A DNA stretch of 64,000 nucleotides from Edaphocola sp. (GTDB taxonomy: Bacteria; Bacteroidota; Bacteroidia; Chitinophagales; Chitinophagaceae), in assembly GCA_035444785.1 (NCBI GenBank), contig DAOMPL010000005.1:34289-98288 (forward strand). The letters run 5' to 3'. Below the pieces are notes generated by a model, which saw nothing but the letters and a program-made list of their open reading frames with translations, ran no database searches and was not told where the DNA came from. Below are positions 21,004 through 29,673 of the stretch, one piece after another. Position 1 is the stretch's first letter; each line of letters begins with the position of its first letter. The translations under genes and the position numbers were made by a program.

Positions 21004-23340
21004 CTATTCATGAATAATAAATTTGCCATTTGCTTTATTGGTACCATCCTTGCCAACTACAAACACCAAATACACTCCCGACTGCACTTTGCGACCCTTA
21101 TAGTCCTTTCCGTTCCAAGAAAGCATACCTCCGTTAGCACTTGCTTGATACACCAATTGACCATTAATATCCGTAATTTTTACATTTGCACCAGCTGTCA
21201 TCCCCTTGATTGAAACATAACCATTATATCCGGAAGGTACAGGATTGGGGTACACAAAAAGAGGTTTAATCACCTCAGGGCTTGCTTCTACAGCCTTTCC
21301 ACCAACCGAACACAATCCTTTATCGGTGGCAAAATAAACAGTACCAATAATGGGATCGATACTGATACTTTTTATATTATTGGACAGCAAAGGGCTGTTA
21401 CTTTCATTAAATTGTTCCAAAATTGTTTCCCCATCTTCAGACAATAAAAACACACCTACATTAGTTCCTATCCACTTTCTGTTGCCTCCATCTATAGCAA
21501 TAGATTTTACAGGTACTCCTTCAAACATATAATTAGCAAAGTTATAGTCTTTAGAAATAAGTGCTTTCAAGACAGCATTACATGGGTTATTGTTTTGAAT
21601 ATCGCCACAATAGAAAATACCTACCCCACTCTCTGTACCTACCCAAATGGCACCATCTTTATCCTTTGCAATTGTATTGACCGCATTACTGGGCAGATTA
21701 CCTATATTTTCACCTTTTCTCAGGATAACATATTTATCATCATTTTTATTTTCCAAAGTATTATTGTCATTATAAACCACAAGTCCACCATCTCTATTTA
21801 TACCGGCTGCCATCCATTTTTGACCATAATCATCAATTACAATATTGGCTAAATGGGACACTCCATTTATTTTAAAACTATCCCAAACACCAGATGCTTT
21901 TTTCACCCTGAGAGGATATCCGGTTTCACTTTGTGTCATCCAAAGATTATTAACATTATCCATAGCCAAAGCCGTAACCCTGTATCCATCCACATCACCG
22001 GCATTATTCATACCCAAAAAGCCTTGTTTATATAAATGTAATTTATTGTCTTTGTCCAATTCTAAAAGGCCACTATTTAGCAAAGCCACATAAGTGGTTT
22101 TATTAGACTCGTCTCTTAAAATATCAATGGCATCAGTAACCGTGTATTGTTTATCGGGGGCTACTAACCCTAGAATATCCCATTTCCAATTAAACCAATC
22201 ATAATAATTAAAAAAAGAAAAACCATCTTGGTTTAAGAATGGCATCCAATTATTATATTCTTTAAGTCCATGGGCCAACCAAATTTCTTTATTCTTTGAC
22301 CAAACCTTTTCAACATTTGCACTAAAAGGGCCAGAAGCTGCAATGACTTCCCAATTCATGGTGGGCGTAGTACTATCTCCTTTTCTTAATCCAAAATAGC
22401 CATCACAAGCCCAATACATTCCACTACCTTGATCAAGAAATTTATAAAATAAAGTCTTAGGAATGGAGTCAACTACACTTCCAGTTGGATTTATTTTTAC
22501 CAAATATGGTGGATAGTTGTCCATTTCTATTGTCATCACCCAAAGGTTGCCTTGCTGGTCGGTATTTATGTTTTTTATTGGGTTTAAAACTGTTTTTATA
22601 ACAGAAAAGTTATTATTTTCAAAATGGTAAACATCCTTTCCAAAGGCGGCAAATAACTGATTATTGTTATTATCCACAAAGTTCATTTCTTGACTGGAAA
22701 TCTTATCCCAGGTGGCATAGTTGACAATTAAAGGATTGGAAACGGGAGTGCTGAAAACACCGATATTGGTAGCCACAATGATATTATTATTTAAAATAGT
22801 TACAGCTTTTGCAGTTCCTTGATTACTTCCCTGATAAAATGGGACTGTTTCCTTAATTTCATTCCTTTCCAAATCTACAATTACCAAGCCCAAACCACTA
22901 CAAATATATAGTTTTCCTTGATATGCTTTTACAGCATAAATCGTTTTATCTCCTGAATTTTCAGTTACTTTAATATCCGGAATATTTTGGAAAATCCCAT
23001 TATTAAACAAATCAATATTTCCATTTTTATAAACCAAAGCCACTTTATCGGTTTTGTCATCTATGGTAACAAAAGACATATCCACATCATGCATTCCATT
23101 AGCCTTACTGTAGGCAACTATATAGTTTTCTTGTGCATCATAGGTAAAAAAAGAGGCATTAGAGATACAATAAAAGGTATTATTATCTTTTGTATCAAAA
23201 TCTATTACCGTCCTATAGGGCAGATAAGCGTTCCAGCCACCAACCGCTACGTCTTTTGATTGGGCAAACCCCTGAAAAGAAAAAAGAAAAATAAAAACAA
23301 ATAAGAAACTATACTTCATTTTCATATATGATAATGACAA
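21004..23340 (-). CDS. PorZ-like T9SS component/cargo: double beta-propeller (two-component regulator propeller repeats) plus T9SS CTD
   Basis: 778 aa with a signal peptide (...FQGFAQ). Repeated propeller motifs (NNLWMTQ, GAIWVGTESG, KWIGTNVGV). C-terminal VYPNPVPSGYNGYVSIKG...GVYLVFVV...GKFIIHE CTD. Size and architecture match PorZ. The true start may be the M at 23325 or 23319. Confidence 0.55.
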   Translation of the reverse strand: MSLSYMKMKYSFLFVFIFLFSFQGFAQSKDVAVGGWNAYLPYRTVIDFDTKDNNTFYCISNASFFTYDAQENYIVAYSKANGMHDVDMSFVTIDDKTDKVALVYKNGNIDLFNNGIFQNIPDIKVTENSGDKTIYAVKAYQGKLYICSGLGLVIVDLERNEIKETVPFYQGSNQGTAKAVTILNNNIIVATNIGVFSTPVSNPLIVNYATWDKISSQEMNFVDNNNNQLFAAFGKDVYHFENNNFSVIKTVLNPIKNINTDQQGNLWVMTIEMDNYPPYLVKINPTGSVVDSIPKTLFYKFLDQGSGMYWACDGYFGLRKGDSTTPTMNWEVIAASGPFSANVEKVWSKNKEIWLAHGLKEYNNWMPFLNQDGFSFFNYYDWFNWKWDILGLVAPDKQYTVTDAIDILRDESNKTTYVALLNSGLLELDKDNKLHLYKQGFLGMNNAGDVDGYRVTALAMDNVNNLWMTQSETGYPLRVKKASGVWDSFKINGVSHLANIVIDDYGQKWMAAGINRDGGLVVYNDNNTLENKNDDKYVILRKGENIGNLPSNAVNTIAKDKDGAIWVGTESGVGIFYCGDIQNNNPCNAVLKALISKDYNFANYMFEGVPVKSIAIDGGNRKWIGTNVGVFLLSEDGETILEQFNESNSPLLSNNIKSISIDPIIGTVYFATDKGLCSVGGKAVEASPEVIKPLFVYPNPVPSGYNGYVSIKGMTAGANVKITDINGQLVYQASANGGMLSWNGKDYKGRKVQSGVYLVFVVGKDGTNKANGKFIIHE

Positions 23341-23438
23341 ATAAATTGAACTTTTAACAATAACGTCAAATGTACAGTAAATATTTTAAGGATTAATGAT
23401 AAAATCAATCAAGACTTTGTGAAATTTAACTTTTATAG

Positions 23439-23975
23439 TCAAAAGACTTTGACTTGTTTGGACAATAAATAAACTTCCATAATTGGAAATTTGTTTTTTA
23501 TATCCTCATCCCGTACACTTTCTACACCTTCCAGCTGAAATCCGAGATGAATTGGTATCTGCTTACTCATTGTATTTTCAGGGACACACTTTATTCTAAT
23601 TTCTTGAATTTTCAGCTCCTCAAATGCATAATAACAAAGGTATTTCACAGCTTTAAAGGCTATCCCCTGTCCTTGAAAATCTGCCCTTAACCAATAACCC
23701 ATTTCAACTGCTGCCTTCTCGGTTTTTCTAATACTGAGCAACCCAGCAAAATGTTCATTTTTTCGGATAACAAATACGCAACTTTTCCCCTCTTTCGTAT
23801 CTTTCAAAACCGACTGTACATACATTTCAGTTTCTAAAACAGCAACAATTTTTGCAACAGATGGCAAAAACTCAGAAAAATATTCTCTTTGATTATCAAT
23901 AGAATAAAAAATCTCTAAGGCATCTTCCTGCCTTAAAGATTGTATTTGCAAATTGGGTTCAATGAAGCATTGCAT
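23439..23975 (-). CDS. GNAT family N-acetyltransferase (RimJ/RimL-like)
   Basis: 178 aa. Acetyl-CoA motif FQGQGIAFKAVKYLCYYAFEEL and the overall RimJ-like layout. Confidence 0.8.
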   Translation of the reverse strand: MQCFIEPNLQIQSLRQEDALEIFYSIDNQREYFSEFLPSVAKIVAVLETEMYVQSVLKDTKEGKSCVFVIRKNEHFAGLLSIRKTEKAAVEMGYWLRADFQGQGIAFKAVKYLCYYAFEELKIQEIRIKCVPENTMSKQIPIHLGFQLEGVESVRDEDIKNKFPIMEVYLLSKQVKVF

Positions 23976-24002
23976 AAATAATAGGCTTTGATAAACTAAG
24001 CC

Positions 24003-25805
24003 TTAAACAGTAACCAAGGCTGCTCCGACCAACCTAGAAAATACATGATTTAATTTTTCTTCTGCCTCTTCAACTTCATGTTTCATTTTAGTCAAATAAT
24101 CACCTGTTTGGTTATAAATTTGAGGTATTAAATCTCTGTAATACTGCAACCCTTTCTCTAACTGGTTTTTAAAGTTATTAAAGTGTTTCATCTTTTTATC
24201 GGTCAACTCTTTTATACTGGTGCTGATATCTTTCTTTAAATACTCTAAATATAAATGAAGCTCATTAATAAAGACATTGGAACGCTCTACACCTTTCAAA
24301 AGGTTTTCTTCTCCATAAATATGCTTAACTAATTGTTCTAAAGAAAACACTCCTTTAAAATAAGCAATATTGGGCCCGGGGCAAATAGAAATTGCTACTC
24401 TTTCTTTTGGTTTTGCAATATTATTTTTCACTAATGCAGATGCGGACAAGCCTTCACAAAGGCAGGTCTTTTCTGTGATATTATCAAAGGCTTCTTTATA
24501 TTCTTCCTCGGGCAAGTTTTGTTCATCCAATTGTTTGAGTTTCAGATGTTGATACTCTCGAGATGCTGTACAAATAGGTTCTGTTGTAAATTCGGTATTA
24601 GAAACCAAGAAACGCTTGATACAGGGGCTTCCTGGGCGACCTTTAGCTATTCTTTCCAGTCTTAAAACCTCATTGCTTGCCAAACGGAAATTATTAAAAG
24701 GAACACCTAATGGTGAAGAGCCACTCACATAAAAATCGTCTTTCCCGGAAATAGATACGGCATTTAAAGTTTCCTCATCTACGGTAGTAATTTCAGGGAC
24801 TAATAAAAATGGGCTTCCCCAACCGGTAGCATCCAATTGATAATATTCCCTTAAAAACTCATCCTCTTGATGGGTACCTATACCACCTTGATAAGTAATA
24901 ATTTGCTTTGGCAATTTTGTTAAATAGCAACCTTTTTCATCCAATGCTTTGGTATAAATATCAAATAAATCTTCTGCCAACTGAAATCTATTTTGCTTAA
25001 ATTCTTCTAAAATAGGACCGGTCAAAATTCCTTCTGTGGCGAAAGCATGGCCACCACAATTTAATCCGGACTCTATTCTAAACTCTGAAACCCAAATACC
25101 TTTTTTTGCTAATACTTTAGCTTGGATAAGAGCCGAACGATAGTCACTAACTTTTAATATAATTTTCTTTTTTAAAAACCCATTACTATCCGGGAAAAAA
25201 TCGGGGAAATTTTCAATATAACTGAATAGTTTTGGGTTCAGACCTGCCGAAATCACCACAGAAGAGCTCAAAGTACTTTCTGCAAAGCCTTTTAATGCCT
25301 CCAAGGCATCACTATTCAAAACATCTCCTTGCTTACTTTTGTTCAACTTATCCAACTTGGACATGATATTGACATCAATAGAACCAAAAACGATTTTACT
25401 TCTTAATTCTTGCTCTTGCTCTTTCTTTTTTTCAGGATTTGTCTCCTCTAAAAATTGTTTATATAATTGTTTAAGGGGACTTTTTTCAGATAACAATTCA
25501 AAGTATCTAACCAAATCGCCTTTCTGTTCAAAGCTTTCTGCTTTTAACTTTTCTGTTTTTTCAATAATCAATTGATGCAAAATATTCAGATAAGAAGTAA
25601 TTCTCATTGAACGATGCCCTACCTCTTTTTTAGTAATTTCTTGGTACGGGATATTGTTTTGATTGTAATAGAACTCTCTCATACGCTCTATAATCATATC
25701 ATCTGCCAAAGAAATAACAGAGGAAATACCTAAATGAGCAATTTTTAGAGGTGTATCAATAGTAAAGGCAATGCCCATCACAGGAATATGGAAAGAATGA
25801 TTCAT
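24003..25805 (-). CDS. Uncharacterised 600-aa protein with TIM-barrel/flavoenzyme-like motifs
   Basis: Long clean ORF. N-terminal HIPVMGIAFTIDTP, central FRIESGLNCGGHAF and ITYQGGIGT...GWGSPFLLVPE, then Cys motifs (KTCLCEG, ISICPGP). I cannot assign a family name. Confidence 0.6.
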   Translation of the reverse strand: MNHSFHIPVMGIAFTIDTPLKIAHLGISSVISLADDMIIERMREFYYNQNNIPYQEITKKEVGHRSMRITSYLNILHQLIIEKTEKLKAESFEQKGDLVRYFELLSEKSPLKQLYKQFLEETNPEKKKEQEQELRSKIVFGSIDVNIMSKLDKLNKSKQGDVLNSDALEALKGFAESTLSSSVVISAGLNPKLFSYIENFPDFFPDSNGFLKKKIILKVSDYRSALIQAKVLAKKGIWVSEFRIESGLNCGGHAFATEGILTGPILEEFKQNRFQLAEDLFDIYTKALDEKGCYLTKLPKQIITYQGGIGTHQEDEFLREYYQLDATGWGSPFLLVPEITTVDEETLNAVSISGKDDFYVSGSSPLGVPFNNFRLASNEVLRLERIAKGRPGSPCIKRFLVSNTEFTTEPICTASREYQHLKLKQLDEQNLPEEEYKEAFDNITEKTCLCEGLSASALVKNNIAKPKERVAISICPGPNIAYFKGVFSLEQLVKHIYGEENLLKGVERSNVFINELHLYLEYLKKDISTSIKELTDKKMKHFNNFKNQLEKGLQYYRDLIPQIYNQTGDYLTKMKHEVEEAEEKLNHVFSRLVGAALVTV

Positions 25806-26104
25806 TTACAATATTATTTTATGCAAAGAAAGGCTAAATACACCAAACTTTTGTCAAAACACGATATATTAAATTATAATATTTTGTTATTTATTATAAT
25901 ATTTTCAATTTTATTAAATACATCTATTCCCTAATAACATTTTCATAAAAATAAAATATTAATTGTCTGAATTAGAAAGAGCAGGATAAAAGGATTTCAG
26001 ATTTTTTGTTTTTTGGGTTATCCGTTCTTTTTAAAATCCTGAAAATCACAATTCAGACCTTCTTTTTTCTAATCACAAAAGCCTACACACTAAAAACTGT
26101 AAAT

Positions 26105-26763
26105 TCAAGAAAAAAATGATTTAATTCTTTCTAATAACGACGAATTAGTTTTGCCAGTTGCGTTTGAGGTAGCAGCATGGATATCTAACTCCACAATTTT
26201 TCCTGTTCGCATATCAAAGACCCACCCATGAATTTCAGGGTAGTCAGGTGTGTCTTTTAAAGCCTGTACACAATCCATTTCGACAACATTCTCAGTTTGT
26301 TCAATCACATTTAGTTCTACTAATCGATCATAACGTTTAGTTTCGTCTTTTATCTTCTGCAATTCTGTTTTATGGATGCGGTAAATATCTTTGATAATTT
26401 GCAACCAAGGACTGTTTTTACCAATTCCTTTTTCTTCCATAGCTGCTTTAATACCACCACAACCATAATGACCACAAACAATAATATGCTTCACCTTTAA
26501 ATTGGTAATGGCATATTGGATTACGGAAGCTACATTCAAATCAATAGGATTAACGATATTGGAAACATTACGATGCACAAACACATCGCCTAAATTCAAT
26601 CCTGTAAAAATATCAGGATCTACACGACTATCAGAGCATCCAATAAAAAGATATTCAGGCTTTTGTTCAATAGATAAATTATGAAAAAAATCAAGATTTA
26701 GGCTATTTTTTCAGCAATCCATTTTTCATTATATGCTAATATTTCTTGATAACTTGCTGCCAT
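26105..26763 (-). pseudogene. Beta-class carbonic anhydrase interrupted by a frameshift in an A6 run
   Basis: The frame from ATG 26763 gives MAASYQEILAYNEKWIAEKIA then a stop at 26700-26698. Another frame continues NSLNLDFFHNLSIEQKPEYLFIGCSDSRVDP... into track ORF 26105..26599 (HYGCGG zinc-ligand motif). One extra A in the run at 26706-26711 would restore a 219-aa beta-CA. Confidence 0.8.
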
Positions 26764-26789
26764 TTTTTAAGACTTTAAAAATTATGAAA

Positions 26790-27764
26790 TTACATATTTT
26801 TCAATTCTGTTGAAAGTATTTCCAAATCTTGTTTCATCAATCTGATATAAACTTCAATTTGACCAAACATTTCAGCTCTGGTCTTTAATTCGTCAGATGA
26901 ATATTTTCCACCTTTCCCAAAATAAATTTCTGTTGTTCCATTGTCCATCTCCTCTCTTTTCTTGACTTGCCCAAACACTTCCCAATGTTCTACCAGCAAT
27001 TCCCGCAAGGAATGTTTTTTATCCAAACTGTCCTCGTAATTCAAATAATACCAAATTGATGGAGGCAAAGTTTTTGACACGGGTACATTGTTCCAAATCT
27101 CTCCTATCGTATTTCGTTCATGTAAGAAAAGAACACTTTTTCTATCGATAAGCATCAATATTCCCAAGGTTGTCTCGACCATTGCAGAACCTACAGCAAC
27201 ATAACTTCCCGATTGTCCGGTATTAGGACTATTGTTAAGTCCTTCTGTCATAATGGCACCTACAGCACCAACAATAGTCGAGCCTATTACTAAGTTCGTT
27301 TCACGTCGGTCTGCTTTTGCTTTTAGATAGTTTGCTATTTGGTCAACACGTTTTTTTTCACAATCCAACTCGCTTGTAACCGATGATATCTCCAGAGAAG
27401 AAGCATTGATTTTTTCTACTATGGTTACTCTTTGTTCCAGTATGTCTAACCTATTTTCTACGGAAGGATTAATTTTATATTTTTCTTTAGATAAAATATA
27501 TTCTTTTAGTGGCTGAATTATTCCTATTGCATTGGCAACATTTAAGGCTTCGAAAGAAAATTTTGAACTGAGGAGCGGATCAACTTTACTGGAGATCAAC
27601 TTATTTGGTAAGTCTTTCAGGGTATAACTATAATCTGTTTTATTAAAACAATTACTTTGGGTCAATGCATTGGCAGAAGGCAATCCTTTTGTACTTGAAC
27701 AAGAACTAAAAATAGTTATCGCAAGTCCTAAATTTAGTAATAAAATGTTATGCCTTTTTTTCAT
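26790..27764 (-). CDS. Hypothetical lipoprotein with coiled-coil and hydrophobic central segments
   Basis: 324 aa with lipobox ...ITIFSSC. Contains a G/A-rich hydrophobic pair (LVIGSTIVGAVGAIM / VAVGSAMVETTLGILMLI). No family recognised. Confidence 0.55.
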   Translation of the reverse strand: MKKRHNILLLNLGLAITIFSSCSSTKGLPSANALTQSNCFNKTDYSYTLKDLPNKLISSKVDPLLSSKFSFEALNVANAIGIIQPLKEYILSKEKYKINPSVENRLDILEQRVTIVEKINASSLEISSVTSELDCEKKRVDQIANYLKAKADRRETNLVIGSTIVGAVGAIMTEGLNNSPNTGQSGSYVAVGSAMVETTLGILMLIDRKSVLFLHERNTIGEIWNNVPVSKTLPPSIWYYLNYEDSLDKKHSLRELLVEHWEVFGQVKKREEMDNGTTEIYFGKGGKYSSDELKTRAEMFGQIEVYIRLMKQDLEILSTELKNM

Positions 27765-28445
27765 TTTATTATCTGTTTATATTTGTTTAAATTTGAATAT
27801 TCTTTTACTTTTTCCTTTTGGTATCCACTCCTGTATCATATATTGGTGGTGTTATGGATTTTTAGCACAAATGTACATTCGAAGAACAAATATTAAACCT
27901 TAAATCTTTCACCATTTAGAAGAACTCCACCCTACTGAAAACCAAACCGAAGCATAAGGAACCCCTTCCATAAGTGTTCTACACAATTCTTTATTAAATA
28001 ATTTTCAAATATAGCCTTTCTATCTTTAGAGTCAAAAAAAAATTAAAGACATGAAAGGTAATTCAATTTTACTAAAAACACACTATTAACTTGGCCAAAA
28101 GACTTTGCCCAAAAATTCTCAAAAATCTCAAAACCTCTTCTTAAAGGAAAGCTGAAAACCCTTACTTCAATTCGCTTCAAACTATTATGAAAAGTTTTTG
28201 AAAAGTAGAACGTATAGCAAAAAGCCACGAGGCCTCACTGGTTGCGGAAAGGAGCGGAAATATTCATTTATCAAGGTATTATTCTATTCACAATTAGGAG
28301 ATTGTTGAAGTGCTAAAAGCAAGCTTTTGGGGATAAAGTAAAACCAAAAGATAAAGCATAGTATCATTAAGAAAAAAACTAAGACGCTATAAACAAATAC
28401 TTAAAAAATAAATAAAAAAATTGTTCACTATTAAAATCTTTATCG

Positions 28446-28461
28446 TAATATTGCAATATTA
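28446..28461. promoter_or_regulatory. Perfect 16-nt palindrome TAATATTGCAATATTA, candidate ArsR operator overlapping a near-consensus -7 box
   Basis: Ends 14 nt upstream of the arsR ATG. TAATATTG differs from TAnnTTTG at one position. Confidence 0.4.
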
Positions 28462-28474
28462 AATAAATGAAAAA

Positions 28475-28801
28475 ATGGGTGCAACTAAAACTGAACATTT
28501 TACAGACCAACAAAATCAGATAGCAACGATCGCAAAAGCATTGGGACATCCTGCAAGAATTGCCATCATTGAGCATTTGTTAAAAGTGAATGCTTGTATT
28601 TGTGGCGATATTGTAAATGAATTGCCATTGGCACAACCAACCGTTTCACAACATTTAAAGGAATTAAAAAACGCCGGATTGATAAAAGGAAGCATTGAAG
28701 GAAACGCTATCTGCTACTGTATTGATGAAAACACATTTGAAATTTTGAAAAACAATTTTTCAAAAATCATTGCAACAGTAACGAAACAAAATTGTTGTTA
28801 A
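28475..28801 (+). CDS. arsR: ArsR/SmtB family metalloregulatory repressor
   Basis: 108 aa. LGHPARIAIIEHL, the CxC site in ACICGDIV, the wHTH LAQPTVSQHLKELKNAGLI, and a C-terminal ...KQNCC. Confidence 0.85.
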   Translation: MGATKTEHFTDQQNQIATIAKALGHPARIAIIEHLLKVNACICGDIVNELPLAQPTVSQHLKELKNAGLIKGSIEGNAICYCIDENTFEILKNNFSKIIATVTKQNCC

Positions 28802-28823
28802 TAAACTTTAATTAATAAAAATA

Positions 28824-29663
28824 ATGAACACAGAACAAGAAATCAAAGAGATGGTAAAGCAAAAATATAGCGAAATTGCTTTACAAGACAAAGAAACCAA
28901 CGCTTCATCCTGTTGTGGAGCCGGTGGTTGCAGTACCGAAGTGTATAACATCATGAGTGAAGCATACAACGACCTTGAAGGCTATAATCCGGATGCCGAT
29001 TTAGGTTTGGGTTGCGGTTTGCCCACTCAGTTTGCCAAAATCAAAAAAGGAGATACCGTTATTGATTTGGGTAGTGGTGCCGGTAATGATTGCTTTGTAG
29101 CCAGAGCAGAAACAGGCGAAACCGGGAAAGTAATCGGTATTGATTTTACAGAACCAATGATCAATAAAGCACGAAACAATGCTGAAAAATTAGGCTTCAA
29201 CAATGTGGAGTTTAGACAAGGTGATATTGAAAAAATGCCTGTAACTGCTAATGTTGCTGATGTGATAGTGAGTAATTGTGTTTTAAATCTTGTGCCCAAT
29301 AAACAAGCTGTTTTTGCAGAAATTTATAGAGTTTTAAAACCTGGTGGACATTTCAGCATTTCTGATATTGTACTAACAGGAGCGTTGCCAGAAAAAATAA
29401 AATCTGCAGCTGAAATGTATGCCGGTTGCGTAGCCAGTGCCATTGATAAAGACGAATATTTGAGTTATATCAGCAAAGCGGGTTTTGCTAATATGCAAAT
29501 TCAAAAAGACAAAGCTATTATTGTACCTGACGATATTCTTAAAAATTATTTGAACGATGAAGAAATAACTCAATACAAAGCGAATGAAACGGTTATTAGA
29601 AGCATAACCGTTTATGCAGAAAAACCGGCGGAATGTTGTTCCCAAAATTCGGGATGTTGTTAA
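28824..29663 (+). CDS. arsM: Arsenite S-adenosylmethionine methyltransferase
   Basis: 279 aa. N-terminal SSCCGAGGCS, SAM motif VIDLGSGAGNDCF, SNCVLNLVP and MYAGCVASAI (the conserved ArsM cysteines), and a C-terminal AECCSQNSGCC. Confidence 0.85.
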   Translation: MNTEQEIKEMVKQKYSEIALQDKETNASSCCGAGGCSTEVYNIMSEAYNDLEGYNPDADLGLGCGLPTQFAKIKKGDTVIDLGSGAGNDCFVARAETGETGKVIGIDFTEPMINKARNNAEKLGFNNVEFRQGDIEKMPVTANVADVIVSNCVLNLVPNKQAVFAEIYRVLKPGGHFSISDIVLTGALPEKIKSAAEMYAGCVASAIDKDEYLSYISKAGFANMQIQKDKAIIVPDDILKNYLNDEEITQYKANETVIRSITVYAEKPAECCSQNSGCC

Positions 29664-29673
29664 TGCTTGAACT

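Noticed and set aside
25965-26058. Nest of short inverted repeats between the carbonic anhydrase stop and the 600-aa gene start: GTCTGAATT/AATTCAGAC, GGATAA/TTATCC and AGGATTT/AAATCCT. The last two cross in a pseudoknot-like way.
   Set aside because: The stems are only 6-9 bp and AT-rich, with no covariation data and no match to an RNA family I can recognise. Chance, or a simple terminator/promoter region, is the more parsimonious explanation.
28043-28576. Short ORFs 28043..28228 (-) and 28379..28576 (-) in the gap upstream of arsR.
   Set aside because: Their composition is low-complexity (F/L/K/Y-rich), they carry no motifs, and one overlaps the arsR promoter and start. They are unlikely to be genes.
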